Below are positions 10,783 through 20,724 of a stretch of DNA of 64,000 nt, in pieces. The position numbers and the translations under genes were made by a program. This DNA comes from an uncultured Gemmatimonadales bacterium (GTDB taxonomy: Bacteria; Gemmatimonadota; Gemmatimonadetes; Longimicrobiales; RSA9), in NCBI GenBank assembly GCA_963708135.1, contig OY970192.1, positions 768,001 through 832,000 on the forward strand. Reading direction: 5' to 3'. Every line of letters starts with the position of its first letter. The first letter of the stretch is position 1. Under the pieces are notes generated by a model, which saw nothing but the letters and a program-made list of their open reading frames with translations, did not search any database and was not told the DNA's origin.

Positions 10783-11818
10783 GCTCGAGCGCTCGCCGCT
10801 GGCGCAGCTGACGCTCGCGCGCTTCCTGGAGTTCGTGCGCGAGAAGGAGATGGTGTTCTGGACGTTCGTGTTCCCGATCCTCATGGCGGTCGGACTCGGC
10901 ATTGCGTTCCGCGACCGGGGTCCGCAGAAGGTCTTCATCGGGGTCGAACAGGGGCCGGGCGCGTCCTCGCTGGTCAACGAGCTGGGCGGTACCGAGGGAG
11001 TGGAGGCGCGGCTGCTCGCGCCCGCGGCCGCGCCGGAGGCGCTGCGGAAGGGCGACGTCGCCCTGCTCGTGATCCCGGAGCAGGGCGGGCTGGTCTACCG
11101 CTACGATCCGACGCGTCCGGAAAGCCGGGTGGCGCGGCTCGCGGCGAACGACGCGCTGGAGCGCGCGGCGGGGAGCGTGGACCTGCCGGTGCTGCGCGAG
11201 GAGAAGGTGACGGAGAAGGGGTCGCGCTACATCGACTTCCTGATCCCGGGACTGCTCGGACTGAACCTGCTGGGCACGGGGATGTGGGGCGTGGGCTTCG
11301 CGCTGGTGCGCATGAGGACGGGCAAGCTGCTGAAGCGGCTGCTCGCGACGCCGATGCGGAAGACGGACTTCCTGCTCTCTTTCATGACGGCGCGGCTCGG
11401 CTTCCTGGTGCTCGAGATCACGGCGCTGCTCACGTTCGCGTGGCTCATCTTCGGCGTGACGGTGCGCGGCTCGATCCCCGCGCTGTTCCTGGTGGCCGCG
11501 CTCGGCGCGTTCGCGTTCTCGGGGATGGGGCTGCTGGTGGCGAGCCGCGCGAAGACGCAGGAAGGCGTGATGGGACTCATGAACGTGGTGCAGATGCCGA
11601 TGTGGATCCTGTCCGGCGTGTTCTTCTCCGTCGATCATTTTCCGAACGCGATGCAGCCGTTCATCCGCGTGCTGCCGCTCACCGCGTTGAACGATGCGCT
11701 GCGCGGGATCATGAACAACGGCGCGAGCCTCGCGGCAATGTCGCTGCCGATCGCGATCGTGCTCGTGTGGGGCGGCGCGTGCTTCGCGACGGCGCTCGCG
11801 GTGTTCCGCTGGAGGTGA
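10775..11818 (+). CDS. ABC-2 type permease
   Basis: YIDFLIPG, LKRLLATP, LSGVFFS; overlaps the ATPase stop. Confidence 0.88.
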   Translation: MSRLERSPLAQLTLARFLEFVREKEMVFWTFVFPILMAVGLGIAFRDRGPQKVFIGVEQGPGASSLVNELGGTEGVEARLLAPAAAPEALRKGDVALLVIPEQGGLVYRYDPTRPESRVARLAANDALERAAGSVDLPVLREEKVTEKGSRYIDFLIPGLLGLNLLGTGMWGVGFALVRMRTGKLLKRLLATPMRKTDFLLSFMTARLGFLVLEITALLTFAWLIFGVTVRGSIPALFLVAALGAFAFSGMGLLVASRAKTQEGVMGLMNVVQMPMWILSGVFFSVDHFPNAMQPFIRVLPLTALNDALRGIMNNGASLAAMSLPIAIVLVWGGACFATALAVFRWR

Positions 11819-11910
11819 CGCGTGTCGCGCGCGCAACAAGACTCTTGATGTACGACGCGCGACGCGTGTAGCTTCTTTCGTCGTCTCCCATTCCTTCACT
11901 GGAGGTTGTC

Positions 11911-12177
11911 ATGGCGAAGAAGCCGACAGCAGCGGCGAAGAAGAAGACCGGTACCGTGGCCAAGAAGGGGCCCGCCAAGAAGGCGGCCGCCAGGAAGCCG
12001 GCGGCGAAGAAGCCGGCAAAGAAGGGCGGCACGGCCAAGAAGACGGCGGCGAAGAAGCCCGCGGCGAAGAAGGCCGCGAGGAAGCCGGCTGCGAAGAAGG
12101 CTGCGAAGAAGCCCGCGGCGAAGAAGGCCGCGAAGAAGCCCGCAAAGAAGGCGGCGAAGAAGGCCGCGAGGAAGTAG
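11911..12177 (+). CDS. histone H1-like Lys/Ala-rich nucleoid protein
   Basis: KKPAAKKAA repeats; GGAGG RBS. Confidence 0.75.
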   Translation: MAKKPTAAAKKKTGTVAKKGPAKKAAARKPAAKKPAKKGGTAKKTAAKKPAAKKAARKPAAKKAAKKPAAKKAAKKPAKKAAKKAARK

Positions 12178-12256
12178 CTCTATCGTAGGTTGAACGCGGC
12201 CCGTCGGGCGGAACATCGCCCGGCGGGTCGCTTCTGCATCATCCCCCCGCGAGCCG

Positions 12257-12808
12257 TCACTGCTTCGCGAGCTGCTCGGCGACGAGGACCGCGATGCGAT
12301 TCTCGATGCGTCCGCGGCTCGTGCACGCGATCGAGTTCACGCTCGTGCCCTCGTTGCTCGAGGCCGTCGCCCTGAGGCGGGTGGCGATGGTCGTCTTCCC
12401 GGCGTCCGCGGGAACGAGCTCGGAGATGGCCTCGACGGTGATGCGGTGCGTGAGCGCGCGCGGACCCGAGATGCCGGAGCCGCAGTCGAACGCGTCCACC
12501 ATGGAGCCGTTCACGAGCTCGCGCTTCGCGACGAAGTTCTCGCTCTCGACGACGTGGCGCGCGGCGTCGAGCTGGCGGACGGGGATCCCGAGCTGCTGAT
12601 AGGCCTGGAGCAGCAGCGGCCAGACCGTCTGGACATCGGCGGTCACATCCATCGAGTGCGTGGGATCATCGTGCACGGTGCGCACCTCGACCTCGGTGCC
12701 GCTCGAGATGACGGCGGGCGGGAGCACCGGCCGGTTCTGGGCCGGGCCGGGTTGCCCGTGCGCACAGGCCGCGAGCAGCAGGGGCGTGACGAGCAGGAAT
12801 CGGCGCAT
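12257..12808 (-). CDS. hypothetical lipoprotein
   Basis: LLAAC lipobox. Confidence 0.65.
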   Translation of the reverse strand: MRRFLLVTPLLLAACAHGQPGPAQNRPVLPPAVISSGTEVEVRTVHDDPTHSMDVTADVQTVWPLLLQAYQQLGIPVRQLDAARHVVESENFVAKRELVNGSMVDAFDCGSGISGPRALTHRITVEAISELVPADAGKTTIATRLRATASSNEGTSVNSIACTSRGRIENRIAVLVAEQLAKQ

Positions 12809-12905
12809 GGCATCGGTCTCCGCGAGAAGTGTGGATGGAGCCGGCCGTCTCGGGCCGGTGCTTTGATGATGATGGCGACCTCGCGCCGCGCGGGCCCGGG
12901 GCCGT

Positions 12906-13664
12906 TCAGGCCGTCGGGCGCCGCAGCTCCAGCAGCCAGCGCGGCAGCTCCGGCTCGGCGTAGGCGCGGCTCCACGAGTCGTGGCCCACGCCCGGGTACT
13001 CCGTGAAGCGGACGGCGGCGCCGGCGTCCGACAGAGCCTCCGCCATGCGCCGCGACTCCGACACGTGGATCACCGCATCCGCCTCGCCGTGGAAGATCCA
13101 GACGGGGATGCGCTTCAGCGCCGCCGCGGCAGCCGCGTGAGCATCGTGCGCGCCGGCGTGACCCGCGTGCGTGCCGCCGCCCGGTCCCTCGACGGCGCGC
13201 ACCGGACGCCCGCGGCCGGGGACGTCGAGCCCGCCGCAGATCGGCGCGAGCGCGGAGAAGCGCTCGGGCTCCTCGAGCGCGAGCCGCCAGACGCCGTAGC
13301 CGCCCATCGAGATGCCGGTGAGCGAGACGCGCGCCTCGTCGCCGTGGAACTCCCCGAGGGAGGCGTCCAGCGCGGCGCGCGCCACCTCGAGCATCTCGCC
13401 GCGCCAGGCATCGCCCGTGCGGACCTGCGGGAACACCACCACGGCGGGCCAGCGCTCGCGGTGGCGGCGGAGCGAGGCGCCGAGGCCGACGTCGGTCTGG
13501 AGGATGCCGTCCTCGCCTCGCTCGCCGGAGCCGTGCAGGAACAGGATCACCGGCCACGCGCTGCCGGGCTGCCACGCCGGCGGCACGTAGACCTGGTAGC
13601 GGTGCTCGGCGCTGCCGACGCGGATGCGGCGGTCGAGGAAGCCGGTCGCGGGGGTGCGGCTCAC
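12906..13664 (-). CDS. alpha/beta hydrolase (phospholipase/carboxylesterase or peptidase-like)
   Basis: LFLHGSGERG, GISMGG, WIFHG, GVGHDSW; GTG start coupled to the GNAT stop. Confidence 0.85.
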   Translation of the reverse strand: MSRTPATGFLDRRIRVGSAEHRYQVYVPPAWQPGSAWPVILFLHGSGERGEDGILQTDVGLGASLRRHRERWPAVVVFPQVRTGDAWRGEMLEVARAALDASLGEFHGDEARVSLTGISMGGYGVWRLALEEPERFSALAPICGGLDVPGRGRPVRAVEGPGGGTHAGHAGAHDAHAAAAAALKRIPVWIFHGEADAVIHVSESRRMAEALSDAGAAVRFTEYPGVGHDSWSRAYAEPELPRWLLELRRPTA

Positions 13665-14146
13665 GGCGCCTTCCGGTAGAGCGCCAGCTCCATCAGCGAG
13701 CCCTCGCCGCGGAAGCCGTGACGCCGGTAGAGGGAGCGGCTGCGCTCCCGTGGCCAGAGGACGGCCGCGTGGACGGGCGCGACGCGGCACCACGCGAGCG
13801 CCGCCTCGAGCAGCTGCGAGCCGACGCCGCGGCCGCGCGCGTGCTCGCGCACGAAGACGTTCGTGATGTAGGCGTGCGCCTCGGGCTCCTCGCCCGGGTT
13901 CGGCACCTTCTCGATGCGCTGGAGCCAGAGCTGGCCGACCAGCGCGCCGTCCTGCTCGGCGACCCAGCAGTGCCACGGCTCCGGCGCGGCCAGGCGCTCC
14001 GCCATCCACCGTTCCGCCCGCGCGCGGAAGGCGGCCTCTTCCTCGACCGCCGGCGCGAGCGGGCCCCGGAACTCCCAGCGGAGCGCGGCGAGCGCCGCGG
14101 CATCGGCCGGGCCGGCGGCGCGGATGCCGACCTCCGTCCCGATCAT
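13661..14146 (-). CDS. GNAT N-acetyltransferase
   Basis: VFVREHARGRGVGSQLL and LYRRHGF. Confidence 0.85.
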   Translation of the reverse strand: MIGTEVGIRAAGPADAAALAALRWEFRGPLAPAVEEEAAFRARAERWMAERLAAPEPWHCWVAEQDGALVGQLWLQRIEKVPNPGEEPEAHAYITNVFVREHARGRGVGSQLLEAALAWCRVAPVHAAVLWPRERSRSLYRRHGFRGEGSLMELALYRKAP

Positions 14147-14300
14147 GGGAGGGCCGGCGCGGGGCGCGGGTGCGATAAGGCGCGCATGGTGGTCGAGAAA
14201 CGGGAACGGGTCGCGAGGGCCGCGCCGCGGCGGGGCCCCGGACGCTGCCGAAAGATAACCCGCGCGGCCGGCGCGGACACGGGTGGCGTTCGGCGGCGGC

Positions 14301-14717
14301 TCAGACTCGGCCGGTGCTCTTGCCGCGCGCGAGAGCGCCCGCGATCAGGTGCGCGGTGCGCAGCGGCTCCGGGATGCGGGAGTGGCGGGCGAAGCGGCGC
14401 ACGACGGCGGCCGCGTCCACACGGTCGATGCCGACGCGCTGCACCCACACCCCGCCGAGGTTCTCCATCGGGCCGAGCCGCTCGATGAGCCGCCACTTGC
14501 GCGCGCCGCCGCGGACGCGCGCGAGCAGAGCGTGGCGGATTGCGTCGGTGTCCGGGCGGTGCCGGGCGATGACGAGGACGGGCAGGCCGAGCGCGCTGTG
14601 GAGCGCGTGCACGTCCACGACATTGAAGCCCGCGAGCGCGATGCCCTGGAGCATGACGAGCTGGAGGTGGCCGGCGAACCTGGAGCCGGCGTGGGAGAGC
14701 GCCACCGTGCGGTCCAT
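14301..14717 (-). CDS. DUF99-like protein, possibly N-terminally truncated
   Basis: MLQGIALAGFNVVD and IPEPLRTAHLIA. Confidence 0.65.
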   Translation of the reverse strand: MDRTVALSHAGSRFAGHLQLVMLQGIALAGFNVVDVHALHSALGLPVLVIARHRPDTDAIRHALLARVRGGARKWRLIERLGPMENLGGVWVQRVGIDRVDAAAVVRRFARHSRIPEPLRTAHLIAGALARGKSTGRV

Positions 14718-15166
14718 CAGTTGTTGAGGATCCAGCGCTGGTCCGTGACGTCGTAGAAGAGGACCGGGTAGTAGCTGGCGTTGGCGGGCACGGAGAGCTC
14801 GAAGTACTCGGCGACGCGTCCGCCGCCCGGGGCCGGCGCGCCGGCCTCCGCTCCGGGCCGCGTGGGCTCCGCGTAATGCTTGTAGTTCCAGACGCGGAGC
14901 CCCCACGGCGGCGGCGCGATGGCGGCCAGGTACTTCGGGACGAGCAGCGGGAGGGAGTCGGGGTAGTGGCCGGTGTCGTGGTGGTACGCCTGGACCGCCG
15001 CCACGATGCGCAGCCCCTCCGCCTTGGTGCGGTCTATGGCCGGCAGGTCGCGGTGGGCGTAGATCCACACCGCGACGGCGAGCAGGAACGTGAGAGCGAT
15101 GAGCACGATCGTACCCGCGGACGCGGCGCCCGTGCGGGCGCGCGCGAGGGAGGGGAGGCGCTTCAC
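14717..15166 (-). CDS. pilin/pseudopilin-like hypothetical membrane protein
   Basis: One TM segment followed by AVQAYHHDTGHYPDSLPLLVPKYL. Confidence 0.55.
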   Translation of the reverse strand: MKRLPSLARARTGAASAGTIVLIALTFLLAVAVWIYAHRDLPAIDRTKAEGLRIVAAVQAYHHDTGHYPDSLPLLVPKYLAAIAPPPWGLRVWNYKHYAEPTRPGAEAGAPAPGGGRVAEYFELSVPANASYYPVLFYDVTDQRWILNN

Positions 15167-16299
15167 CGGTGCCTCCGCGCGGGCTCCGAGAGGAAGGCCC
15201 GGAGCGCCTCCTCGGCGCGCGCGGGCTGGAGCGCGATGAAGTAGTGCCCGCCCGCGAGCGTGACGAGCTCGGCACGCGGCAGCGCGGCGCGCAGCCGCTC
15301 GATGCCGCGGCGCTCCCACGGCGTGCGGATGTCGCGCAGATAGGCGGCGGCGCCCTCGCGCGCGGCCGAGTCCGCGGCGGTGAGCCACGGATACATCGCG
15401 GCCACGGTCTTCTCCGGCCAGACGACGAGGACCGGCGCCGTGATCCCGGCGTAGCGCTTCGGCGCGGCCGCGGCATCGCGGTCGAGCGCGGCCATGAGCG
15501 CGTCCCTCCGCTCCGCGTTCGCGTCCGGCCGGCTGGCCTCGCCGACGAGCTCGGCCTGGAGCGCATCGTTCCAGCCGCCGTAGAAGTAGCGGGCGAGCCA
15601 GTCGCGGTACTCCTCGATCGAGCCGGCGGGCGGCGGCGGGCGCCGGACGGGATTGGCCCGGCCGAGCACGTCGAGGCCGTCGTAGTCGATGGCGGCATCG
15701 AGGTAGATCAGCCGGTCCACGCGCTCCGGGTGCTCCCGCGCGAAGCGGGTGATCACCGCGCCCGAGAGGGAGTGGCCGGCGAGCGTGGCGCGCGGGATCC
15801 GCAGCGAGTCGAGCACCGCGCCGAGGTCGGCCGCCTCGCGCCCGACCGTGTAGCCCTCGAGCGGCGTGTCCGAGGCGCCCTGCCCGCGCGGCGTCACGGC
15901 CAGCACGTGGAAGCTGCCGGTCAGGCGCGGCGCCAGCGCGTCGAAGATGTGGGCGCTCAGCCCGGTCCCGGGCAGGAAGACGAGGGCCGGGCCGCGGCCG
16001 CCCCAGTCGAGGACGTGAACCCGCACGCCCGGCTCGACCGCAATGATCCCTTCGCGGTGCGGCGAGGGGTCCTTCCATGAATCGAAGGAGAAGGCGGAGT
16101 CCGCGGACGGCAGCGCGACGGGCGCGTGGGCGGCGGCGCGGACCGAGTCGGTGAGCGGCGCGCCTGGGGCCTGGGCACGAGCGCCCGCGGGCGCGACGAG
16201 CAGCGCGGCCGCGACGAGCAGCGCGGCCGCGAGCGCCGCCGGCAGCGCGAGGGCCGGGGCCGACGCGTGCGTGGTCGTGGAGCTTCGGATCGGAGTCAT
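15163..16299 (-). CDS. secreted alpha/beta hydrolase
   Basis: Signal peptide; LDWGGRGP, RGQGASD, GHSLSG. Confidence 0.82.
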   Translation of the reverse strand: MTPIRSSTTTHASAPALALPAALAAALLVAAALLVAPAGARAQAPGAPLTDSVRAAAHAPVALPSADSAFSFDSWKDPSPHREGIIAVEPGVRVHVLDWGGRGPALVFLPGTGLSAHIFDALAPRLTGSFHVLAVTPRGQGASDTPLEGYTVGREAADLGAVLDSLRIPRATLAGHSLSGAVITRFAREHPERVDRLIYLDAAIDYDGLDVLGRANPVRRPPPPAGSIEEYRDWLARYFYGGWNDALQAELVGEASRPDANAERRDALMAALDRDAAAAPKRYAGITAPVLVVWPEKTVAAMYPWLTAADSAAREGAAAYLRDIRTPWERRGIERLRAALPRAELVTLAGGHYFIALQPARAEEALRAFLSEPARRHR

Positions 16300-16376
16300 G
16301 TGAGGACGGGATACCCCCGGGGCGCCTCCGCGCTCCCTCGGTCCGGGCCGATTCAGGGGTTCGTTCGGAGGCGGCG

Positions 16377-17036
16377 TCAGCGCTCGGTCGCATGGACGAT
16401 GAGGCCGGTGACGACGCCGGCCGACACGCTGAAGCCCACGAGCGCGCCCGCGGGGCTCAGATCCACCACGTGAGCGAGGAGGATGTCCGCCAGCACCCCG
16501 GTCACGACGCCGGGGAACCCCTGCTCCAGCGCGGGCCCGATGCGGATGCGCCGGTGCATGCCGGCCTGGGCGCCGGTGCCCGCGCCGAGCATGCTCGCGA
16601 GCGAGCCGAGCACCAGCGCGCTGATCAGGCCGGGGTCCTCCCCGCCGCGGTCCCAGGCCATGTTGAATCCGGCGAGGATGCCGAGCACGGCCCCGCCCGC
16701 CGCGCCCACCGTGGCGCCGGCGATGGGGCCGAAGAGCGGGACGCGCGTGGTGTCGGCCTGGAGGCTGCCGAAGTCCCCGGCGCGCGCCCCGGCCGGCGGG
16801 CAAGGGGCCGCAGGGATCCGGGCGGCCGGCGCGGCGGGCGCCACGATGAACCGCTGGTGCGAGAGCACCGGCACCCGCGCCTCCCGCGGCGGGGCGAGCC
16901 GCGAGCTCGAGCGCTGGGCCGCCAGTGGTGCGGTCAGCGCCGCGGCGGCTGCCGCGGCGAGAAGCGTGCGATGCCGGGACAACGTCGCCTCCGGTGCAGG
17001 GATCGGGGTGGCGGAAGCGCAGGCGCGCTGGCGCAC
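16377..17036 (-). CDS. hypothetical membrane protein (start uncertain)
   Basis: Gly-rich hydrophobic segments. Confidence 0.5.
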   Translation of the reverse strand: MRQRACASATPIPAPEATLSRHRTLLAAAAAAALTAPLAAQRSSSRLAPPREARVPVLSHQRFIVAPAAPAARIPAAPCPPAGARAGDFGSLQADTTRVPLFGPIAGATVGAAGGAVLGILAGFNMAWDRGGEDPGLISALVLGSLASMLGAGTGAQAGMHRRIRIGPALEQGFPGVVTGVLADILLAHVVDLSPAGALVGFSVSAGVVTGLIVHATER

Positions 17037-17291
17037 GGGAGCGGGCGCCTACCTCTCGAGGCTCTGCTGCTGCGGTACTCGAAGGGCAGTCCCATCCGCG
17101 TCAAGTAGCTCGCGAAGTAGTCGTTGCCGACCTTCGATGCCGGGACCACGCTGAACATCGGTGCGCCGACCAGCGCCGAATACGGGAACGTGCAGGTCTG
17201 GACCGTGACCCGGTAACCGGCATCGCGCATCAGGCCGGCGACGCAGTTGACGGAGGCGAGGTAGCCCGGCTCGCCGGATTCATTCCAGCGA

Positions 17292-18446
17292 TCACCCCGC
17301 CGCTCCGGTTCCGCTCAGTCGGCTCTTCAGCCCGAGGAACGACGGCACCCACGTCAGCTCGCGGTCCACGATGGCCGCGAGCTCCTCCTCCTCCTGCCAG
17401 CGCTCCTCGAGCGCGGCGAGCTCCAGCTCGAGCAGGCGACGCTCCGACTCCTCGTTCACGGCGATCTCGAAGGCGAACGACTCCGTCGTGCCGATGCGGG
17501 ACAGCCGGGTGCCGCGGCTCGCGATGCGGCGGGTCAGCTCCGTGGCGGAGCCGGTCTCCTGGATCAGGCGGGTGGCGTCGCGGACCTGGTTCTCGCGCGC
17601 CCCGGAATAGTGGTGGTAGGCCAGCGTGCGGCGCAGCAGGTGCTCGGCCTCGATGCCGCGAATCACGTAGCCGGACTCCTCGCCCAGATGTCTGTCGGCC
17701 GCGATGGGGCCGGCGCCGGAGCGGCGCCCGCGGCGGGGGTGCTCGATGCGACGGAGCTCACGCCTCAGGTCGCGCCGGTAGCGGGTTGCGGAGCCGTAAT
17801 CGCAATTCATGCAGCCCATGGCAACGGCGACGCCCTCCTCGCCGTCAGGCAGCGCGACGAGACCGCCGCGGTCGCGGAAGCGGATGCTGGTGAGGGTGGC
17901 GCCGCAACTCGGGCAGGCCGCGCTGCCGCTCCAGGCCGTGCGGCCGAACTTGAGCGTGCGGGTGAGCTTGGGCAACGCTCTGCCCGCACGGCCGAACATC
18001 CACCACCCGCCAAAGATGCCGACGCCGGCCGCCGCGCCACCCGCCACCGCGCCGATCACGGCGGCCGTGCCCGCGGCGGTCAGAGCCGTGTAGATGCGTC
18101 GGCGCCGCACCAGCTCGCGGCCGTAGCGCCACCACGCCTCCTCCTGCAGCTGCGCGCTGCCCACGCGCACCAGCTCGATCTCACCGGCACGGAACAGCGC
18201 GATGTTGTCGGTCTTGGAGAGGAGCCGGGCGCGGTCGCGCGTCAGCTTCTCGAGCTCCTCCAGCGCCTCCCAGCGCTCCTCGATCGGCGCGAGGTTCCAG
18301 CGCCGGCAGGCCGGGCAGACCGCCCACAGCCGGCCGCGCCCGGGGTCGAACGCGATCTGCCGCCCGACGGGGAAGTTCTCGACCGTCTCGTTCGTCGGCA
18401 GATCGCGATGGCAGAAGATGCAGCGCGTGAACAAAGCTGGCCTCAC
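17292..18446 (-). CDS. conserved-looking hypothetical protein with CxxC zinc motifs
   Basis: CIFC, CPAC, CPSC, CMNC; coiled-coil C-terminus; codon usage typical of the window. Confidence 0.65.
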   Translation of the reverse strand: MRPALFTRCIFCHRDLPTNETVENFPVGRQIAFDPGRGRLWAVCPACRRWNLAPIEERWEALEELEKLTRDRARLLSKTDNIALFRAGEIELVRVGSAQLQEEAWWRYGRELVRRRRIYTALTAAGTAAVIGAVAGGAAAGVGIFGGWWMFGRAGRALPKLTRTLKFGRTAWSGSAACPSCGATLTSIRFRDRGGLVALPDGEEGVAVAMGCMNCDYGSATRYRRDLRRELRRIEHPRRGRRSGAGPIAADRHLGEESGYVIRGIEAEHLLRRTLAYHHYSGARENQVRDATRLIQETGSATELTRRIASRGTRLSRIGTTESFAFEIAVNEESERRLLELELAALEERWQEEEELAAIVDRELTWVPSFLGLKSRLSGTGAAG

Positions 18447-18717
18447 CGTTCGAGGAGCGTCCCCCTGAGGTACCCGCGAGGCCTGCGCAGCGTTTCGGGG
18501 TCGCGGAATCCCGGTCGGGTCGTCGCAGCGCCTTGCCCTACGGCGGGGAGGGGCGGAGGTTTCGGGCGGCGGCGCGGGCGGCCTCGTGGCGTCGCCACCC
18601 CGGCGCCGAGGCTCATGCGCCGTGCTGGCGCCAGGGGGCGCTGCGCATAACTTTCGGAAGGCGAGTGCGGGGCGGCCGCCGGTGCCCCGCTCGGCTCCCC
18701 CTCTCGGAGGTACGCTC

Positions 18718-19095
18718 ATGCGCATCGAACGCGTCCGCCCCCGGGCCTCCCTGCTGGTCGCGGTGGCGGCCTTTGCCGGCGGGTTCCTGCTCACGTCCTG
18801 CCGCAAGGTCGTGGACAGCCTGGCGGTGGTCCAGCTCGCGGAGCACACGGCCAGCGTCGCCGTGGGCGGCTCCATCCCGCTGGAGCTCCTGGCCGTGGAT
18901 CCGCCGGGCTACGTCCCGGACGTGAAATGGTCCTCCTCCGACCCCGCGACGGCCAGCGTGCGGGGCACGAGCTCGCTGAGCGCCGAGGTTGACGGGCTGC
19001 GCCCCGGCCAGGTCCGGATCATCGTCGCCGGCGGCGGCAGCGCCGATACCGCCCTCGTGAGCGTCCTCGCCACCCCCGCCGGCGTGCGCCGCTAG
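18718..19095 (+). CDS. Ig-like (Big_2-type) lipoprotein
   Basis: LTSC lipobox and WSSSDPATASV. Confidence 0.65.
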   Translation: MRIERVRPRASLLVAVAAFAGGFLLTSCRKVVDSLAVVQLAEHTASVAVGGSIPLELLAVDPPGYVPDVKWSSSDPATASVRGTSSLSAEVDGLRPGQVRIIVAGGGSADTALVSVLATPAGVRR

Positions 19096-19221
19096 AACCG
19101 CTCCGGCCGCCCCGACCCCACCCGAACCCGCTCCCGAATCAACCCGAACCCGAACCCGGCCGCCGGCTCCGCCCCGCCGCAGTTGTAGAACCTCCCGCCG
19201 GCGGCTTACATTCCCGCCCTC

Positions 19222-20724
19222 ATGTCAACGGCCAAGAACCTGCGCGCATTCCTCGACGACCTGGACCGGGCGGGCGAGCTGGTGCGCATCGAGGCGCCGA
19301 CTGCGGCGCGGCTGGAGATCGCGGCGCTGGCGGACCGGGCCATGAAGAGCCCGGGCGGCGGCCCCGCGCTGCTGTTCGAGCGGCCGGTGCTGGACGACGG
19401 CACGGAGAGCGAGATCCCGGTGGCGATCAACGTCTTCGGCTCGTGGCGCCGGATGGCCATGGCGCTGGGGGTGGAGGACGTGGCCGAGCACGGCGCGCGC
19501 ATCGCCGAGCTGCTGCAGCCGGACGTGCCGCGCGGCTTCTGGGCCAAGGTGCAGATGCTGCCGAAGTTCGCGGAGCTGGCAAAGGTCCCGCCGCGCAGCT
19601 TCAAGGGGAAGCCGCCGTGCCAGGAGGTCATCCTGGAAGGCGACGCCGCCGACCTCACCCGCCTGCCCGTCCTCACCTCCTGGCCGAAGGACGCCGGCCC
19701 GTTCGTGACCCTGCCGATGGTCATCACGCGCGACCCCGAGACGGGCGTGCAGAACCTCGGCACGTACCGCATGCAGGTTACGGGGCCGTGCACCACGTTC
19801 ATGCACTGGCAGCGGCACAAGGGTGGCGCGGCGCACTTCCGGAAGTACCGCGAGCTGGGCGAGCGGCGGATGCCCGTCGTCGTCGCGCTCGGCGCCGATC
19901 CGGCCACGATGTACACGCCCACGGCGCCACTCCCGCCGGGGATCGACGAGTACCTCTTCAGCGGGTTCCTGCGCCGGGAGCCGCTGCTCACCGCTACCGC
20001 GACGACGGCGGACCTGCAGGTGCCGGCCGAGGCGGAGATCGTGCTCGAGGGCTACGTGGACGCCACGGAGCCGCTCGGCATGGAGGGCCCCTTCGGCGAC
20101 CATACGGGCTTCTACACGCCCGCGGACCTCTTCCCGGTATTCCACGTGGAGCGGATCACGCGCCGCAAGGAGGCCATCTACCCGGCCACGATCGTCGGCG
20201 TCCCGCCCATGGAGGACTTCTACCTGGGCGGCGCCACGGAGCGGATCTTCCTGCCGCTGCTCCGGATGACGCTGCCGGAGATCGTGGACTACCACATGCC
20301 GGCCGAGGGCATCTTCCACAACCTGGTGATGGTGTCGATCCGGAAGGAGTATCCCGGGCACGCCCACAAGGTGATGAACGGGCTGTGGGGCCAGGGGCTC
20401 ATGGCGCTCGCCAAGGTGATCGTCGTGGTGGATGCGGATATCGACGTGCACGACCCGCGGCGCGTGTGGTGGTACGCGCTGAACAACATCGACCCCGAGC
20501 GCGACGTCCGCTTCACCATGGGCCCGGCCGACGACCTCGACCACGCCGCGCGCGGGGCCGCCTTCGGCTCGAAGATGGGCATCGACGGCACGCGGAAATG
20601 GCCGGAGGAGGGCGTGGACCGCGTGAAGCCGTGGCCCGAGGTGATCCGGCAGGATACGGCGGTGCAGGAGAAGATGGACGCGCTGTGGGAGCGGCTGGGC
20701 TGGCGTGAGGGAGGGGGCCGGTAA
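19222..20724 (+). CDS. ubiD: UbiD-family decarboxylase (menaquinone futalosine-pathway type)
   Basis: NLGTYRMQ, EGPFGDHTGFY, GSKMGID. Confidence 0.9.
   Translation: MSTAKNLRAFLDDLDRAGELVRIEAPTAARLEIAALADRAMKSPGGGPALLFERPVLDDGTESEIPVAINVFGSWRRMAMALGVEDVAEHGARIAELLQPDVPRGFWAKVQMLPKFAELAKVPPRSFKGKPPCQEVILEGDAADLTRLPVLTSWPKDAGPFVTLPMVITRDPETGVQNLGTYRMQVTGPCTTFMHWQRHKGGAAHFRKYRELGERRMPVVVALGADPATMYTPTAPLPPGIDEYLFSGFLRREPLLTATATTADLQVPAEAEIVLEGYVDATEPLGMEGPFGDHTGFYTPADLFPVFHVERITRRKEAIYPATIVGVPPMEDFYLGGATERIFLPLLRMTLPEIVDYHMPAEGIFHNLVMVSIRKEYPGHAHKVMNGLWGQGLMALAKVIVVVDADIDVHDPRRVWWYALNNIDPERDVRFTMGPADDLDHAARGAAFGSKMGIDGTRKWPEEGVDRVKPWPEVIRQDTAVQEKMDALWERLGWREGGGR

Noticed and set aside
16934..17230. 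98-aa ORF, possibly a gene fragment
   Set aside because: Too short, overlaps its neighbour and has no assignable motif.
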